Shown here: positions 61,275 to 64,000 of the stretch, one piece after another
How positions within the stretch are numbered: the first letter of the stretch is position 1
Layout of the letters: the number at the start of each line of letters is the position of its first letter
DNA from: a virus
DNA: 64,000 nt
IMG/VR virus record: IMGVR_UViG_3300045988_079560
Reading direction: 5' to 3' (one strand)
Notes under the pieces: generated by a model
Database searches by the model: none
Told to the model about the DNA's origin: nothing
The model's input: the letters and a program-made list of their open reading frames with translations, nothing else
Position numbers and translations under genes: made by a program

Positions 61275-61946
61275 ATGGCAGATGTAAACAGCACAACAAC
61301 TCAGAACCAGACACAGCAGCAGTCTCAGACAGCACCGCAGAATCAGCCCACTCAGGCATCCGGTACACAGCAGCAGCCTCAGACAGATAAGCATGAGGAA
61401 AACAACTCCGGCGGAGAAGTAACCGTTGAGAGCCTTATGGCGCAGCTTGCACAGGAGAAAGCGGCAAATGCGAAACTGAAATCCGATAACGACAAACTTT
61501 GTACATCCGAGGGAAATCTTCGCAAACAGCTTAGAGCTAAACAGACAGCCGAAGAGCAGGAGGCAGAGGCAAAAGCGGAACAGCAGGCTCAGAGAGATGC
61601 TTATGTCAAGGAACTGGAAAAATTCAAAGCGGTAGCGGAATCATCGGAGCGTTACTTAGGAATGGGTATGCCGGCTGAAATGGCAAAGGCTACGGCAACA
61701 GCAGAGTATGAGGGAAGCATGGATGTTGTTACCGGAAACATCACTAAGTTTATGGCGGAAAGAGACAAACAGAAAGAGTCGGAAATCCGCGCTCAGTATT
61801 TGGCTCAGATGCCTACGCCACAGTCTGGAAACGTAGGTCAGGTTGACTATTCAGCACAGATTAAACAGGCAATGGACGCAGGCGATTCACAGGCTGCGAT
61901 TCTTGCAATATTAAGTCAAAGTGCCGCTAACAATCAGCAGGCATAA
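61275..61946 (+). CDS. Capsid scaffold protein
   Basis: Gln-rich N-terminus, coiled coil LAQEKAANAKLKSDNDKL, upstream of capsid gene. Confidence 0.8.
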   Translation: MADVNSTTTQNQTQQQSQTAPQNQPTQASGTQQQPQTDKHEENNSGGEVTVESLMAQLAQEKAANAKLKSDNDKLCTSEGNLRKQLRAKQTAEEQEAEAKAEQQAQRDAYVKELEKFKAVAESSERYLGMGMPAEMAKATATAEYEGSMDVVTGNITKFMAERDKQKESEIRAQYLAQMPTPQSGNVGQVDYSAQIKQAMDAGDSQAAILAILSQSAANNQQA

Positions 61947-61967
61947 ATCTAAAGGAGGTAATGAATT

Positions 61968-62951
61968 ATGGCACAGGGCACAGCAACATCATTCGCTGTT
62001 CCTAATTTTAGCGGAATGTTATTTGCTAAAGGACAGACAGCAACACCGTTCTCTACTATGATTGGCGCAAGACCTCTTGTAACCAATCATGTAGAGTTTA
62101 CTTGCGGTCAGGAGTACAACACAGAAACAGGCGAACAGCCGGAGATTTCTGAAACAGCATCCCTTACTGCACCACAGCCGGAAATGGTAACTAGAAGCCA
62201 GCTTACCAATGTAACTCAGATCTTCCAGAAATCCGTAGCGATTTCTTACGGAAAGCAGAGTAACATGGGTACACTTCAGGGCATCAATGTGGCCGGTCAG
62301 CAGGCAAATCCTATGGACGAGCTTGCATTTCAGGTTTCTCGTAGAATGGCAAAGATCGCACAGGATATTGAGTACACATTCATCAACGGAAAGTACGCAA
62401 AGGCAACTACTGATGCAGAGGCCAATAAAACAAGAGGACTTCTGACAGCTATCACAACCAACGTACTTGATCTTGCTAAAAAGCCTCTCACATACTGGCT
62501 TGTAGCAGAGGGATTAAAGTCCATTCACGATCAGGGCGCAAAGACAGACAACATTGTTCTCGGAGTTGATGCAACTACAATGTTGCAGCTTAACCTTGAT
62601 GCGCAGCAGAACAACCTTACAATCGTTCCCCTTGGAAGAGAAGTGAACGGTATCAAATTACAGACAGTAGTTACCCCTCTTGGAGAAGTGGCAGTTGCTT
62701 TGTTTGATACTATGCCTACCGGTACAGCCGTTCTGTTCGATCCGTCCATCATGGCTCCGGTTCATCAGATGGTTCCTGGCAAGGGCAATTTCTTCCTGGA
62801 GCAGCTTGCAAAGACTGGCGCAGGAGAAACATATCAGATTTTCGGACAGATTGGTTTGGATCACGGTCCTGAGTGGATGAGTGCTAAGTTCACAAATATT
62901 TCCACAGATCTTCCGAGCAAACTGACAGCAACCACAAAACCGGGGGAATAA
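61968..62951 (+). CDS. Major capsid protein (SU10/DUF5309-like)
   Basis: FSGMLFAKGQTATPFSTMIG...LDHGPEWMSAKFTNI, follows scaffold. Confidence 0.85.
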   Translation: MAQGTATSFAVPNFSGMLFAKGQTATPFSTMIGARPLVTNHVEFTCGQEYNTETGEQPEISETASLTAPQPEMVTRSQLTNVTQIFQKSVAISYGKQSNMGTLQGINVAGQQANPMDELAFQVSRRMAKIAQDIEYTFINGKYAKATTDAEANKTRGLLTAITTNVLDLAKKPLTYWLVAEGLKSIHDQGAKTDNIVLGVDATTMLQLNLDAQQNNLTIVPLGREVNGIKLQTVVTPLGEVAVALFDTMPTGTAVLFDPSIMAPVHQMVPGKGNFFLEQLAKTGAGETYQIFGQIGLDHGPEWMSAKFTNISTDLPSKLTATTKPGE

Positions 62952-63184
62952 CAGGTCATACCCTTGACGGTGGTTCCCGTATCGTAGCCGATTCTTCTGT
63001 TTCCACATCATCAGATGCGAGCACAGAAGAGACGGTTACTGATGTCACAAAGAAGTATACAGAGGAAGAACTTAATGCTCTGACAGTGGCACAGATTAAG
63101 GCTATCGCAACGGAACGTGGGTATGACATGAAAGAAACCGTAAAAGCAAAGCTGATCGCAGAGTTTTTAACTCAGCAAGGGTAA
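62942..63184 (+). CDS. Open -1-frame extension of the major capsid protein
   Basis: GGITGHTLDGGSRIVADSSVSTSSDASTEETVTDVTKKYTEEELNALTVAQIKAIATERGYDMKETVKAKLIAEFLTQQG, no good start codon. Confidence 0.6.
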   Translation, partial: GGITGHTLDGGSRIVADSSVSTSSDASTEETVTDVTKKYTEEELNALTVAQIKAIATERGYDMKETVKAKLIAEFLTQQG

Positions 63185-63201
63185 GAAAGTGAGGACGGAT
63201 T

Positions 63202-63567
63202 ATGGACGCTAAATTGTTGAAAGTCATTTTAGATGATGAAACTCTCACTGACGAACAGATTGCCGTCCTCCTTGTGAAAGCTCAGAAACAGGCTGCAAAT
63301 CAACACTTTTGGGCGGATGATGATATTCCGACAGAGGCAGAGTTGGAGAGGTTTTATAACCGGTATGAGTTTGAAATCTATGATTTGGCGAAAGCCATAA
63401 ACTCTGACGATGCGAGGGGCGGACTTGTATCTCACACAGAACTTGGAGTTACCCGGAACTGGGGACAGACAGGCAAGAGAGATATTGAGTTGGCCTTGGC
63501 GAAGATCCCACCCAAAACCTATGTCGGTCTGTTAAGGAGGGATGGCAATGCCGAAGCTGAGACTTAA
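63202..63567 (+). CDS. Head-tail connector-like protein
   Basis: Position after capsid; EVELERFYNRYEFEIYDLAKAINSDDARGG-type sequence. Confidence 0.65.
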   Translation: MDAKLLKVILDDETLTDEQIAVLLVKAQKQAANQHFWADDDIPTEAELERFYNRYEFEIYDLAKAINSDDARGGLVSHTELGVTRNWGQTGKRDIELALAKIPPKTYVGLLRRDGNAEAET

Positions 63568-63973
63568 AGACCTCAGATTGAACCAAGTCCCTTTTTATTA
63601 CCAGGCCTATGACGGAACGGTGGATGAAGTGGACGAGGATGGCAACCTTACCGGGGAGAGCATACCGAAGTATTCAAATCCGGTTCGTGTGCTTGCGAGA
63701 GTAAGTCCGAACTCAGGAAATGCCGAGGACTCCCCATTTGGTAAAGATATTGTCTACGACAAGACCATATCAACCGTACAGAAATTACCGATTGATGAAT
63801 ACTCAAAACTCTTCATAGATGTGGTTCCTATTCTCAACGAGGACGGTTCCACAGATACAGAACCGGATTATATATGTGTCTGCCCGAAACATGATTTGCA
63901 ACAGAATCTATGGGCGATACGGAAGATTAAGGGGAATATCCATGCAGGACAAAATAACGATCAATCCCTTTGA
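63548..63973 (+). CDS. Phage head-tail/minor structural hypothetical protein
   Basis: ORF in structural operon, near the window edge. Confidence 0.5.
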   Translation: MPKLRLKDLRLNQVPFYYQAYDGTVDEVDEDGNLTGESIPKYSNPVRVLARVSPNSGNAEDSPFGKDIVYDKTISTVQKLPIDEYSKLFIDVVPILNEDGSTDTEPDYICVCPKHDLQQNLWAIRKIKGNIHAGQNNDQSL

Positions 63974-64000
63974 CCCGGACAGCATAGATGAGGCTATTAA

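Noticed and set aside
62964-63184. TTG at 62964 as start of a separate post-capsid gene
   Set aside because: That TTG is not in the open -1 frame, so it cannot start the observed reading frame.
1-64000. CRISPR array or diversity-generating retroelement
   Set aside because: No regularly spaced direct repeats with unique spacers and no reverse-transcriptase-like ORF were seen.

Overview
The window looks like the left ~64 kb of a large temperate siphophage-type prophage from a Firmicute (Clostridia-like). It starts with a terminator, candidate integrase arm sites and a tyrosine integrase. It then has a LexA/CI-type repressor with an autoregulated operator, a recombination/replication module (AAA ATPase, RecT, PD-(D/E)XK nuclease, RusA, replisome organizer), a long accessory region, TerL, a tRNA/ncRNA-rich region, and the portal and capsid genes. 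The strongest unusual signals are: (1) a 45.4-50.85 kb RNA cluster in which several tRNA-like genes carry inserts with a shared hairpin (3-bp covarying stem + TCATGTTNGTGG + CAGCAA), alongside mini-RNAs closed by 7-bp acceptor-like helices that carry a TACAGCAAT motif, located directly upstream of a DUF2828/Ro60(TROVE)-vWA-like gene; (2) that gene followed by a cysteine hydrolase and a vWA-PP2C-kinase triad resembling TerY-P systems; (3) a cytosine-C5 methyltransferase with an 8-bp insertion at the catalytic PCQ codons and a tandem array of ~45-aa modules in changing reading frames, several at G7-G9 tracts; (4) a probable -1 frameshift extension of the major capsid protein; (5) a Tad2-like (DUF2829) anti-Thoeris candidate; (6) a recurrent TGTTTAGTC operator, also found at the promoter ahead of the tRNA cluster. 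All assignments come from reading the sequence; no database search was run.
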